Shown here: positions 44,029 through 57,249 of the stretch, in pieces | Position numbering within the stretch: position 1 is the first letter of the stretch | How the letters are laid out: each line of letters opens with the position of its first letter | Source: the human T2T-CHM13v2.0 reference genome, Homo sapiens | Assembly: GCF_009914755.1 (NCBI RefSeq) | Contig: NC_060944.1 | DNA: 64,000 bases | Reading direction: 5' to 3' (one strand) | Translations under genes and position numbers: made by a program | Notes under the pieces: generated by a model | The model's database searches: none | Told to the model about the DNA's origin: nothing | The model's input: the letters and a program-made list of their open reading frames with translations, nothing else

Positions 44029-44769
44029 GTAACCAATTATTTTAATTAATATAAATAATCAGAGTATAACAAAATACACCAAAACTGGTTATATTATCTT
44101 TATAAAATATGTTTTATAAATCACTAACAAATAACTAATCTGGTTGGTGATAAATATGTCTGCTTTTACTTATTCCTCTCCATTTTAGTATTGTAATTTT
44201 TTAGCATTCTATACTAGACCCCATGTACAGTTGAAGTTTTCTTTTGTTTGTTTTCCCTGTCAGGCTTTTAATTAAAGAATAATAAGATCTTATATTATTA
44301 TAGATCTTATATCGCTTATATAACTAAAGAGTACATTCAACCAAACTTTAACTGAACTTTACTTGTTTCATACTGGTGGAAATAAGCACAATGTGAATAA
44401 CACCTGAGACTGTCACTGGTGGAGAGCGCTCATGAGCCCAGCCCTCCTTGGGCTTCCTTACTGGCCTCCCAGCCCCACCCTTGGCCTGTGCCATCCTTAA
44501 TGTGAAATCCCATTACACCTTACCTAATCTCTCAAATGGCACCTATCAGATCTTCTCTTTTATTCTTGAGTATTCAGTTCCTCCCTTTTTTTTTTTGATC
44601 TTTCTAACTGACATGTTTACAGCCATTTAAGACACACAGCACATGTACACATGTAACTTCCCTCAAATCCATGTGCTTCTTCCATTACTCTGTCTCTTTT
44701 CTTCTTTGCATAGCAAAACTGATCTGTACCAATTAGTGACCGACATCCTTAATCTAGCAGACAGGTTTT

Positions 44770-45168
44770 AGTCTAGTTTTCTATTGTCCAGATGATGTTG
44801 CATAATCAACAATGTCAAACTTCAGGGGCAAACAATTCTGAAGTTAAATAAAGCACTGCCTAGTTCTTGTACCTGTGAGTTCGCTCCACCCTTGGGCTCT
44901 GCCCTGCTGTCTCTATTTCTTCTGGAACTCAATGGCTAGACAGGCGTGTCCTTCTCATGGGAAGAGCAGAAGCACAAGAGGGCAAGTGGAAATGCTCAGA
45001 TCCTACATGCCATCAATTTTTCCTTTTTCTTTTGGCTAAAACAAGTCACTTGAACAAAAGAAACTATACTCCACTGATTTTTGTGGGTGAAACTGCAAAG
45101 TCACACAGTAAAGAATTGTGGATATATGAAGAGGGGAAGAACTGGGGCCAAGAACATCATCTACCATA
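44770..45168 (-). mobile_element. Old MLT1 (J/K-like) LTR
   Basis: 'cttctcatgggaagagcagaagcacaagagggcaagtggaaa', 'aactgcaaagtcaca', 'gaagaactggggcca...tctaccata'. Confidence 0.75.
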
Positions 45169-45229
45169 ATAATCTTACCTACCTTTGGAGTAGCAATGAG
45201 TACTATAGGCCTTTGCCTTCTTTAGGAAA

Positions 45230-46690
45230 TATCCTCTTCCTGTGGCTTCCATAATGAAACATTGTCTTGATTTCCTCCCATCCCTCTGGCTGCCTTTGTT
45301 TAGTTTCCTTTGCTGGTCCAGCTTTCTCAAGACCTGGTACCACCATCTCCTCATCTTTTTTTTTTTTTTTTTTTAATATGGCCTCTCTACTTAGTGTTAT
45401 CCATGATTCTGGAACTCATTGCCACCCAAATAAAGCTGAAGCAGAGATGCTTAAATTGTTCCCTTAGTTTCAAAACCATATATTTAATTACCTATTTTAT
45501 ATTTCTTCCAAGATGTTTCAAAGACACCTCAGACTCAACTTAAGCCTAAATTTAAATTTAAAACATTTATAATTATTCCCTCTTGTACCCCCAGACTTCT
45601 TCAGTGCTCCCTAGCTCAGTGAATCCTACTACATCCATTGAGTTATAGAAGCCAAAAAAAAATAAGACTCATCCTCAACACTTCTTTTCTCATTAAGCTC
45701 TATTGATTTTATTGCCTAAATAGTCCTGGAATGTATCTGCTTCTTTCTGTCACTGTGGTTTCTCCCTAGTCTAATCCACCATTCTCTCTCACCTGTAGCA
45801 TTGTATTATCTTCTGAACCTCATCTCCTTTTGCCCCCATCTGATCTGTTCTCTGCATTGGAGCCAGAAAAATCTTATTGAAAAGCACATCTAATAATGTC
45901 TCCTTCCTTTTAAAATACTTCGAGGACTTTCCATTGAATGGATAGAGGTAAAATGCCTGACAGACCTATATGCATTTTTGTCCCTGTCTCATGCCATGCT
46001 TAACCGTATTACTTTGCAGTTCCGCAAAAAACATATCATGAGACACAGATTTTGTAGGGCATTTATTTGGAATATGAGGCCAGGAAGTAGGAGTGAGGGA
46101 ATAAGGAGAATGAGGAAAAAACAAAATAACACAAGCAAAAGCCATTGTAAGAGTGTATGATTGAGTTTGCCTCTCTAGGGAACGGTGGTCTGATTTCATA
46201 GCACATCTAGAAAGTCTGCAGATTAGGACCCATAATTATATGCCTGAAGAATAAGCACCTAGTTGCATATATCCACTGGCTCCCCATTGTTTGAGGGTTG
46301 CACTCACTTGTGTTTAGCTCCCCTGCATTTCAGAGCCAGACACGTGCACATCCTCCCTGTATTTGCCTAGTTAACTCCTATTTATTTTTCTGAACCCACC
46401 TCATTCCTGTGACAGAAAACCCCTGCCTCTAAATGAAGCAGGTTCTTCCAGTTTTCTCAAGACCACATGCCTCTACTATACACCATATATATCTTCTTTG
46501 CAGTGCTGATTGCTGTGATGAGTTTGCATTTTTTAATGATTATTTCATGAAAATCTTTCTGCCCTCTGGACTGCAAGCTTGAGAAGACCAAGTTTCATGT
46601 CAGCTTTTGATTTTCATTGCCTTACCAGCACCCAACCTAGGACCTGGTACATAAAATATGTTCAATATATTTTCAACAAATGTGTAAGTA
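45230..46690 (+). mobile_element. L2 LINE 3' region interrupted by an LTR16-like element
   Basis: 'tttcctcccatccctctggctgc', 'acacctcagactcaac', 'tctgttctctgcattggagccaga', L2 end 'acctggtacataaaatatgttcaatatatttt'. Confidence 0.75.
46005..46340 (-). mobile_element. LTR16-like ERVL LTR fragment
   Basis: 'catgagacacagatttt...tttatttgg...ccaggaagtaggagtgagg...tatatccactggctccccattgtttgagggttgc'. Confidence 0.55.
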
Positions 46691-48487
46691 TAGGTGTGTG
46701 TGTATTAATATGTGTGCATGCATGTATATTTATAAAGGGAAACTTTGAATTTTTAGAGCTTAAATAGATTACTATCAATATCTAAAAAGGTTATCATTTT
46801 TAATTCAAATTTCATATTCTATTTTTACTTATTGCTTTCTTTTAGTGCTTACATAGTCGAATTATACCAGAGGCATCTGTTTAAAAAAAGTCATATGGAG
46901 AAAAAACAGAGAACTCTTGCTTTACATTATCATGATTTATCTGACAGCTTATAGTATTGGTGGCACTTTTCTGTAGAAAGTTATCGCTAGGCAGTTGCTT
47001 TAATAAAACAGAGATTTTTGAGTTAAAATGGGTAATATCAGACCATAAAAGACAATCCTTTACAATCCTGCCTTATTCAGTAGAAGTCACATTCGTTAGT
47101 GTTGAGCAATTTGAGGACTTAGGTACTTACAAATATATATATATATCCATCCCCTAAAACACCATGTCCAAATTTTTGTTTCATGAACTGGGAACTGTGA
47201 CTTGATAACAGGAAATATGTGGCAAAAATAGATGAGTGTTCAGTCTCTGGGGTTTTATGCTGATATAAAATAATAACAACCAAAATGGGAATGGAGAGGC
47301 AGATGGAAATCAACAAATTATTTTTAATGAAGTAAAATACTTCCATAAAAGTAAGCTACCAGTTGGAAGTTATCACTATTTAATAAATGTTTTTTATATT
47401 TCTAGTTACCATGTTGTATGCCAGATGATCCAGCATTAATTCAACAAATAATATGGTACCCTTGGCAAATAGAATGGTCATCATGGAGATGGACATAGTC
47501 TCCACCTTCACCGGGATGGTTGTTATTGCTTTATTTAAAAATGCAGTTATTTTCTCTGAAAACATCTATACAGATCTATCATGTCCTGAGCTTTTTCTAA
47601 TTTCTTGGAAGGGAAGCCAAAGTAGCATGCATCTAATTCAGTCTCAGACCTCAGCTTCCAAGAGATGTTATTAACTGTGGTGAAAGGATTAGTAAAATAG
47701 TAAATGGATTATGAGATAGTTGTATCTGTGTCAATTAGTGGTTGCTGTCAATTACTAGTTGCTTATATTCACTTTCTCTCATTTAGGGAGTGTGGAGAGT
47801 AGAATATTAAATGTCTGGTGGGCACAGAGTCTCTTTTCATCTGGTAGTTGTCTTAGTTATACACGGGGCTATAAACTGAAAATGGTGTGTAACCCTTTAA
47901 TTGAAGACTCTGGGGTCCTAAAATAATTTCCTCAAGAACACTCTGGCCCATAGAATAAACATTTTGAAAAATATTTTCTTTGGTTTATTGCATATTTGAA
48001 ATCAGATAATATCTGTCACTCCAGGATCTATAAACTCTTGCATGTGGGATATTTTTAGGTAAAGTGATTTTTTTTTTTTTTTTTTTGAGGAATACCAAGG
48101 GGATAGTGGATTTCCATGAACTTAAGGATCACAGTTTTTGTTAAGCCGAATACCCAACTTGAACAAATTTTCTATTTTTTTGTTGTTGCTTATTGACAGA
48201 TGTGCCATGAAGGTGTTTTTAAGGTCTCATGACCCTAAAAATGGCTTACGATAAGCAAAAGTAATGTCAGCTTTGTCCTGAGGGGATCTTGATTCACTTA
48301 TCAGCTGAAAACAGCTGAGCAATCAAAGCACAGGTTCTTCCTTGGTGGAAGTGACAACTCTAGTTCAGAATCTTCCAATCTGAATCTAAGATCATCCTTA
48401 GAAATTAGGGTGGGTGGAGAAACCAGAGTGATGTGTGCTGGAGCCAATACTCCATCAGAGTGGGAGAGTCCACTCTTTCCTGTTGCT

Positions 48488-48628
48488 TTCCCCACTCAGG
48501 CCTTGGGCTATTTTAGATGAGGTCACCTTAGCCATGTTCTCACCACTCCAGCTTTGGGCCATCTCTGATGAGTTCACCTCAGCCATGTTCTCATCATTCC
48601 TCCTCTGGGGCATTTCGGATGAGGTTAC
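48488..48628. repeat. Degenerate 51-bp (17-codon) tandem repeat, about 2.8 copies
   Basis: 'gatgag' anchors at 48516, 48567 and 48618 (exact 51-bp period, no indels); minus-strand translation VTSSEMPQRRNDENMAE / VNSSEMAQSWSGENMAK / VTSSKIAQGLSGE. Confidence 0.9.
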
Positions 48629-49309
48629 CATGGTGGGCACATTTCTTGCCTCATGTACTTTAGAATGCCATGTATGCTTTTAAAATCAGAGACAAGTGCC
48701 TAACAACTTCTTATTTATATGTTTTTAGGTTAGATGTAAAATGACCTGAGAACTGCAGCCCTCATGAGCATTGGCTACGTGAATTTTTGATTAATAAAGT
48801 CTAGTAAATTCATTGACTATATAGCCTTATCTACCAAGAAAAGATAACTTAATTTTTGAAAGGATTACTTAGCTTGCTTTGGAGAGGGTCAAAATTTAGT
48901 AGAAGGTGTGTCAAATGAACATTATTGCTGAAGTAAGTCTGAAAAATTCAAAACTGTTGATGGTGAGAACTGAAGTGTTTATTATATTACCCTGGGTACT
49001 TTTCTATGTCTATTTTCCTTTGGAGGAAAACATAGTTCTAAGAATCTAGGAGGCCTGTGGATGTATGAAATTAAGAGGAAATAAATATTCTATCAATAGG
49101 AAGAACTTCAAGAAAACCCAAATTGTCCATATTCTGAACATAACATTTGTTATATGTGTTATACTCAATTTAGTTGCTTTTGTTTATCTGAGATTTCTGT
49201 AGCTTTCAAAACTGATCTCTTAAGATTTACTAGTAATGTGAGTTATTAAGGGGGGCAAAATTTCATTAATTCATTCTGTTTTCTAAATACTTTCCCTTAT
49301 CCTTGCCTC

Positions 49310-49832
49310 TCTCATGCAGTCTTTCATTGTTTCTCTCCCATTTATTTTACAAGAAAATAAAAAATCTTACTGAGACTTTTAGGCCTTACATGATTTGGCA
49401 TCTCCAGTGACCAGAAACATCTCCTGTCTCACCATTGCTTACTAAACTCCGTGGCTTCCATCAATTCCTAAATTATGTCAAGCTTTTTTTTCATATCTGA
49501 ATCTTGCTTTCTGTTCCCTCTTTCTAGGTTACTTTTTATGTATGTTACTCCTTCTTCTGGTCTGAGCTTAATCATGTCCCCTCCTCAGAATAGTATTGTC
49601 TGACCACTTTTCTAAATTCAACATTTCATCTTATTTTTCTCACAGCATCTGTTTATTGTCTTCATTGCATTTGACATAATTTATGATTTGTAAAAATGTG
49701 TTGGCTTTTCTCCTTAGGTAGTGAGCTTCATGACAGTAGGAACCTTATGTATCCTGATTATTAATTATATCCCTGGTACTAATAGTTAGTTTGACATATG
49801 GGAGGTTATCACAAAAATTATAATGTATGAAT
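49310..49832 (+). mobile_element. L2 3' fragment
   Basis: 'aggccttacatgatttggc', 'tgtcccctcctcagaa', 'gtgagcttcatgacagtaggaacc'. Confidence 0.65.
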
Positions 49833-50023
49833 TTCAACTGTAAATTGGAAGCTTGTCAAGCCCCTTCATGGTTAGTGACTGACCTGTTTTCCTCAATCTT
49901 GATCTAATGAGGCTTTAGACTACTGCTCCTAGCTTTATGAAAATATTTCTAACAAATACCATGAGAACAAAAAAAGACAATGTTTAAATTCTGAATCTTG
50001 ACAATGTTATACTCTTTTATAAG

Positions 50024-50373
50024 TGATATGCTTTGGCTCTGTGTCCCCACTCAGATATCACCTTAAATTGTAATAATCCCACGTGTCAACGGTGGGACCA
50101 GGTGGAGATAATGTTTCCCCCATACTGTTCTCGTGATAGTGAGTGAGTTCTCGTGGGATCTGACGGTCTTATAAGGGGCTTCCCCTTGGCTCTTTTCTCA
50201 TTCTTCTCTCTCCTGCCACCATGTGAAGAATGACATGTTTGCTTCCCTTTCCACCATGACTGTAAGTTTCCTGAGGCCTCCCCAGCCATGCAGAAGTCAA
50301 TTAAACTTCTTTCCATTATAAATTACCCAATCTCAGATATTTCTTCATAGCCGCATGAGAATGGACTAATATA
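50024..50373 (+). mobile_element. THE1 (C/D-like) MaLR solo LTR
   Basis: tgatatgctttggctctgtgtcccc...gtaagtttcctgaggcctccccagccatgc...gagaatggactaatata. Confidence 0.92.
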
Positions 50374-50807
50374 ATGTTTATTGCAAAAGATGACATTTTT
50401 GAATTAAATATCTGAAAGAAAATAAAGGTGTCTTGTAGAGTTTTGTTTCCTTCATTTGTTATCCTAACATAATAGAAATAAAGAAGTAATACAAAGTTTT
50501 AGGAAAACATAGCAAATGAATAATACAGTTATGACTTTAAAAGGAAATCACTTTCAGTAACAGTAAATTAAAATCTTAATTATTATATTTCACTTCTCTA
50601 TAGCAAATTGAAAAACAAAACAAGCACTGTGAAACAAATTAGAAATTCAGTCGTAATACTCTCAAATGTACTAAGGAATTTAGAAGAGTAAATTTCATTT
50701 AGTTTCAAAAGATTAAAAAGTACAACTTTGGACAATAACGTTATTTTTCTTAGGTAGGCATTAAAGAAAATAGATCCCATATGTCTCTTTTTAAAAGACT
50801 GTATCTA

Positions 50808-51390
50808 GGCCCTGGCCCCGGACCCTACAGCCATCAAGATGTTGATGCCTAAGAAGAACCAGATTGCCATTTATGACTCCTTTTTAAGGAGGGAGTCATG
50901 GTGGCCAAGGACATCCACATGCCTAAGCACCTGGAGCTGTCAGACAAGAATGTGTCCAACCTTCCTGTCATAAAGGCCATGCAGTCTCTCAAGTCCCGAG
51001 GCTACGTGAAGGCACAGTTTGCCTGGAGACATTTCTACTGGTACCTTCCCAATGAGGGTATCCAGTATCTCCGTGATTACCTTCATCTGCCCCCGGAGAT
51101 TGTGCCTGCCACTCTATGCCGTAGCCGTCCAGGGACTGGCAGGCCTCGGCCTAAAGGTCTGAAGGGTGAGTGACCTGCAAGACTCACAAGAGGGAAAGCC
51201 GACAGAGATACCTACAGACGGAGTGCTGTGCCCCCTGGTGCCGACAAGAAAGCCGAGGCTGGGACTGGGTCAGCAACTGAATTCCAGTTTAGAGGCGAAT
51301 TTGGTCATGGACATGGTCGGCCACCTCAATAAATTTGGAGAGGGTTATTTTGCATTGTATAAACATCCAGCCAAAAAAGCTTAAAAAAAA
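50808..51390 (+). pseudogene. RPS10: Processed pseudogene of 40S ribosomal protein S10 (eS10)
   Basis: Intronless copy of the RPS10 mRNA. 5' UTR remnant; ATG at 50839 (MLMPKKN); 1-bp deletion near 50876; 3-bp deletion (KKD>KD); CGA>TGA at 51171; original stop TAA at 51330-51332; mutated polyA signal (tataaa); poly(A); degenerate TSD aaaagactgtatcta (50793-50807) / aaaagaaaaaatcta (51391-51405) at a TT/AAAA site. The specific RPS10P number cannot be determined from sequence. Confidence 0.97.
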
Positions 51391-54149
51391 AAAAGAAAAA
51401 ATCTAAACCCTCACTGATTTCAGATTTATTAAAAAAATAAACACAGGTAATTTCCATTTTCTAGTGTCTCCTTTGCTGCGTATTTCTTTTGTTTAACCAG
51501 AAGATCACTTGTGCCACTAGATTTATAGAATATTAAGTGTTACTCACTTCAGTATTTGTAATGTCATTATCCATTTTAGGATAATTTCAACATTTGTTTA
51601 TTCTGGAAAGCAGAAGTAATCTGCATTCAGATACAATGGCAATTCCATGCCCAGAATGCTTCCCTGAGCTTCACGGCTTATTAAAGCATGCAGTCCTGTA
51701 TTTCCACAGCCATACTAAGTAGCTGGATTCAGGCCTGTGAATTTGGTAATGCTCAGTACATTTCAAAACGTGGACTGGGATTGAATATTTAGGTAAGATT
51801 GACTTAAAGATAATTAGTTCATATATTATAACAGATGCTTTAAAGGAGTTTGTGACTGAGCAAATCCACTGGGGGACCCATGCACTGTACAGCATTTTAA
51901 TAGCTTCCCATGGAGCTGGTTTTTATCCAGCTAGGCTTTAGTGTGCTGCCATCTCCTTGTGTGGAGAGGATTTGAGTCTCACTGTGGATCCTATCATTGG
52001 AATTACTCTAAGAATATCATAGAAAATACTGAGGATCTCTTTAGGATTTCAGTATCAGAGATACTTGTTCTCATCCTTAGATAAGTACTATTAAAGTAGT
52101 TTTTATTAGGTAAACACTGCAAATCTTGAAATTGATCATTTTTTTCTCTCTTTAGGTTGGCTTCTATAACTCTAAGAACCAAATATGGGGGCCCACTTAT
52201 AATTGCAGTATTTCATGGCATGTATCTCTGTATGAATCCACCTATGCTCTCCATCTTACTCTCCTTTTTCTATCTCCTTTTTCAAGTTCATATTCAATTC
52301 ATTGTACCTTGCTTAATTATATGCTTTCTGTTAAGCTGACTTGCGTGCCTTTTTGAAATGAGGTAGATTATTAATTCATTAATTACTGTATAGATTGCTT
52401 TTCTGGCTCATTGTAATTTTCAAGTCATTAGCACAACAGGAGAATTTATAAGGTATTTTTGATATGCCATTAGACGTATCAAAACTAGACATTGGGAAGG
52501 TCTTACACTCTTCATATGCTTATGTACCTTATATTTGAGTTAATTTTCTTAAATAATTTCTACTACATAGGAAGCTGCTGAAAAATTTTAAAGAGTATTT
52601 GATAGCATAACTAATCTAGTACAAAAATTAATTAATAATCTTGGAAAAGACATCATTAATGTTTAGGTAGATATTCCATGCCATCATTTGCATAACAATA
52701 TCACATTATGCTTTATCTTCATATTCAAAGAGTTTTCAACATACAAAGAGATTCTATTATAAAGGTGTATTTATAAGTTAGTCATTTAGAATGCAGAGTT
52801 CATTTTCATGAACAATCAAGTTTCTAAATGACAGCTAGGTTAGCCCATAAAACCTGTTTTGCCCATAGTATATAAGAAATAATTTTAATTTACAGTGACA
52901 AATTACAGAAAATATTATTTTACATCTTAAAATAGAAATAAAAGCACAAAAATTACCTTATTTTAATTTTGAAGGCTAAGACAAAAATGGTATAATTAGG
53001 AAATCAGGACGTAGATACGCAGGTTCTTGTAGATGCTGGAGAGAAATTCTGGGTATCTTTAAAGGGAGGAGGATTTATTGTACTGTGTGATTTCACTCCA
53101 CTGTATATTAGTTGTCCCTTCTTTTTATAAATATATCATTAATGGTAGGTGCTTTTCTGATTATCAAGGAGGATTAAGTTCCCTTTCAACTTAAAAATTA
53201 AATGAGTAACAGAGGAGAGGAGCAGCAAAAGACAGAGTAAGTGAATTGGTATTCCTGAGATAAACAGATGGGAGCTGGAGCAGAGGCATCTGAGTAAGGG
53301 AAGTGCTTACCTGGGCATTGGACATGGGAGAGATTTTCTGAGGTGGCTCTAAATGAGCCATAAACTGCTGAAATCATGAGGGTAGAGAGGATTCATGTGT
53401 TGCACAGAACTCCCAAGGGGAAAATAACAACTGCAGATGAAGGGATATGGATCACACAGGTCCCCACGTTTCCTGTCGGGCTGGGGGCAGGGTGGAGTGA
53501 GGGCAGGGAGGGATCCCGCGTAGATGGCAAGTTCTTTATTTCCAGGTGGTGGCAAGCTGGGTGTTTGCAATCTTGGAAGTGCTTATACTTATAAAACTTT
53601 CACTTACTCTGGGGGTATCTGATACTATAAGCATACAGAAATGATGCAGAATTTTATTTTAAGTATAAAGTTCTGAGCCTGGGGCCAGGTACATAGCAAA
53701 GTATTAATTAATTTTAGTTCTTATTATTTTCTGGCATTTAATACAATTGTCAGTGGAAGTTATTAATACTCACTATTTATTATTACTGAACACAGTCCTC
53801 TAAATCATGAGTTAAGTAAATCTAAAACAAAATACAGAGTACTGTTTCCCCATCACTCTGCCCCAGCTCCATTTAGGACCTTGTTCCCTAACATGCACCA
53901 TCCACCAGGCCTTTTGGTTCTTTTTAACCTTTTAGTTTCCCTTCCTTCACATTATTCTGAGTTATCTGCTATCCCTCCCAGAAAGTGAACATATGCCCTT
54001 TAATTACTCTGCCTCCATTCAACGTTTTGAACCTTTCCTCTTCTTCCCTTTACCAGCCAACAACTACAAACTTAGGTCTCCACTTATTATTGTCACATTT
54101 TTACTAGCAATTTACAACCTCAGCTGTTCAAAATCGAGCCCTGATTCGT

Positions 54150-54330
54150 CAACGTTACTGAAACTGCTATTATGGAAGTGACCAAAACTCTCCTTTGTGC
54201 AGAATTTAATAGTCTTTTCTCTGTTCTTGTTCTCTTTGATTTTTTTGCAGTATTGCAGTATCGAGGCTGTTAGCCACCTTCTTCTGGAGCTCCTCCTCAT
54301 TGTTTCTCTGAGACCTCCTCATCGCACAGC
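54150..54330 (+). mobile_element. L2 ORF2 reverse-transcriptase fragment
   Basis: Translates TETAIMEVTKTLLCAEFNSLFSVLVLFDFFAV, resembling the L2/CR1 RT motif TETALxKVTNDLL...SVLILLDLSAAFD. Confidence 0.7.
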
Positions 54331-55908
54331 TCAGTCTATTGAAATCTTGCCCTTTCAGGTTCCATCTTAGATGCCTCCTCCTTATTGGACCCTTCCTGAT
54401 TCTCCCAGCTGCCCTCAATACCATTTTGTCTTTGCCTCTATTGGAAAGTCTGTTTTCATCTTTGACATATAGATATTTGGGTATTGTTAAGATCTCTGCT
54501 CTGGATTCTGAGAATGAGGTTCTTGGGAATAGGAAATTGCCTTACATTTACTTACTGAGTAAATTCCCAATCAACAGTTGCTGAGGACTGGCTTTCTTTC
54601 TCCATGCAACCTCCTGAAACATTGCCATTGCTGTACATTATTAATATTTGAGTCACGATATCTATACCTGAGGTTTAAAAGCTGACGAATTGCTCATTTG
54701 ATTGCCAGCATCATACCCCGACTGGTGAGTGTGCTCCATTTTTGGTGAACACAGAATTTTATACATTTATTTCAGTGAGTTTACTGCCCCTTCCTTCAAA
54801 GTAGTTCTCACCTAAACTTGTTTTTTATTCCCAAGATCCTTATTATGAAATAGCTGTTTCAGCTCACTGGTATGCGAGAGCAAGTCTAATAGCACTGAAT
54901 CCTGACACTGGTTCTGTGTTCCAGCTCTCACTGGTTCCTCTCCTGGGGTGCTTTTTCTCTGACTGCTTTTTTAAGGCCACCAATCTGAAATGCAGTTTCC
55001 ATTTGACAGAGCTGTAGATGAGCTTACTCTGAAAACACACTACTTGCCCTTGGGTCTAAGGTGCTCATTTGTAGTCCCCGCACATAAACCTAGGAGCTCC
55101 TTACTTTGCAATCTGCAGGTGCTCAGCCTATTGCATATTGGAAAGAAATGTTGTCAACAATGAAAACAAGTCAGTAAATACTTAGGCATTTTCTCACTAG
55201 TAAATTGCTGCAATCTGAATCATCACCATGTTCTCCCAATTCTTTTCCCATTCCATACTAGGTAGATTTATGTGACATCCCTGAATATGGCTTCTGCTGG
55301 TGGCTGCTACCTGAGGTCTGTTCTCCTGCCACCCTCTCCGCTCAGGGCCTCGGCTGGTTCACATGGCCTCCTGCTGGTGAGGCTGATCACTTCCTTGCCT
55401 GGGACCCTTATTAACTCTGCAAGGTATCCACAGCCTTCCCCAAGAGAGATTGGCAGTCAATTTTATGCCCGCCAGGGTCTGTGTCATGCTTTCAGCACAA
55501 CCCTCCACTTATTCCGTCATGTAGCATATTAGGGATTCCCTCCTCTCGAACTTATCTCCTCTCAAGTGTCTATACAAGCTTAGAAGACTTACTCAGGAGT
55601 GGGGTCATGGTGTCTCTTCACTGAGTGACAGATTCTTCTTTCTCAGCTCCTTTGAAATAGATAAGAGCTAGTAGTACTGACTCAATTTATAAGATGGCAA
55701 AAAACTAAGTAAATAAAACCATGCCAAATCAAAAACAAAAATAAAACCCACCTACCCTGATGTCTTTTAAAGAAGCCTTTTGATCATAGGATTGGACATT
55801 CTCTCACTTACTTACTGAGCATTTATTTCTCAGGTGTCTACTTAGGGTAAACTCCGCAAAAGTTCCTGGTAATGCTTCGCCTATGTCAGTGTGGAACTGG
55901 GCCTATTA

Positions 55909-56283
<375 letters not shown>

Positions 56284-56629
56284 TTACCATCGAGAGCAGG
56301 AAAATAACAGAGAACAGAGAAAGGGGGAAATGAGCTTCACAGGATGGGGTTAGGACCAAAGAAAGTGATCCAGGAAGTGGATGTTAAGGAATGAATGAAA
56401 ATGCAGAGAAAAGGATGTAAAGGAGATCTTTGTGATATTTATGCAAGTCTTCTGTATTTTCAAAACTCCTTCTAAATAAAAAGTTACCACCTCACCAGCC
56501 AATAAAGAGGAAGCTAAGAGAAAGGTATTCACAGCATACAGTATGCAAAAAAACTTGTCGCTCATTTGGTGTTACTAGACCTTCAGAGTCACGGGGAAAC
56601 CCTGGAGACAAAGCTGGTGTACATGCAGT

Positions 56630-57200
56630 TGAATCTGGATGGATTTGGATTTCTAAAAGGGAAAGACAGAAGAGTTCTAATTAATGGAATGGAATGATGT
56701 GATTTTCTTTTTAGAAAAGTTTCTCTCTGTGACTTTGTGGAAAATAGGTAAGAGGTCAGGGATGCATGTGAAGGGACCGTGATCTAGGTGAAAAGTGATG
56801 GAAATCTGTATCAAGGAGGTGGCAATATGACTGACAGTAAAAGAAGAAGTTCTTGAGATACTTAGAAGATGGAATTAATAGGGCTTAGTCACTGATGGGA
56901 TTTAAGAGAGAAGGAAAAGGATTTAAAGATTTAGACTTATCTGGCCAGAGTGATTCAAATTCATAGAAAAAGTAACCTGTGAGAAGGAGCAGGTTAAAAG
57001 GAAGAGGAAGGGAACCACTTCTGTTTTGAGCAGCCTGAATCTGCACTGCCTATCGGATAGCTGAGAGACGGTGTCTAGTGGCAGCTGTACATCTAAAACC
57101 CGGACTTGGGGGAAAGATCACAATATAACTTAGAGATATAGATTTGAAAGTCATTAATAGATTTAGACTGTCTTACCCTGGAATCCATGAATAGTCCTAA
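56630..57200 (-). mobile_element. L2 fragment
   Basis: 'tctaggtgaaaagtgatgg', 'gagatacttagaagatggaattaatagggcttagtcactg', 'agagatatagatttgaaagtcatta'. Confidence 0.7.
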
Positions 57201-57249
57201 GGGGTTCACAAACCTCAGATATATGTATATACTTTCCCCTTGGGCTAAG

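Noticed and set aside
48488-48628. Regularly spaced repeat as a CRISPR-like array
   Set aside because: Units are similar along their whole length with no unique spacers, there are under 3 copies, the context is primate and no cas genes are present.
50898-51173. RPS10-like 91-aa ORF as a functional CDS
   Set aside because: Intronless, with a frameshift upstream, a premature stop, a poly(A) tail and a TSD: processed pseudogene.
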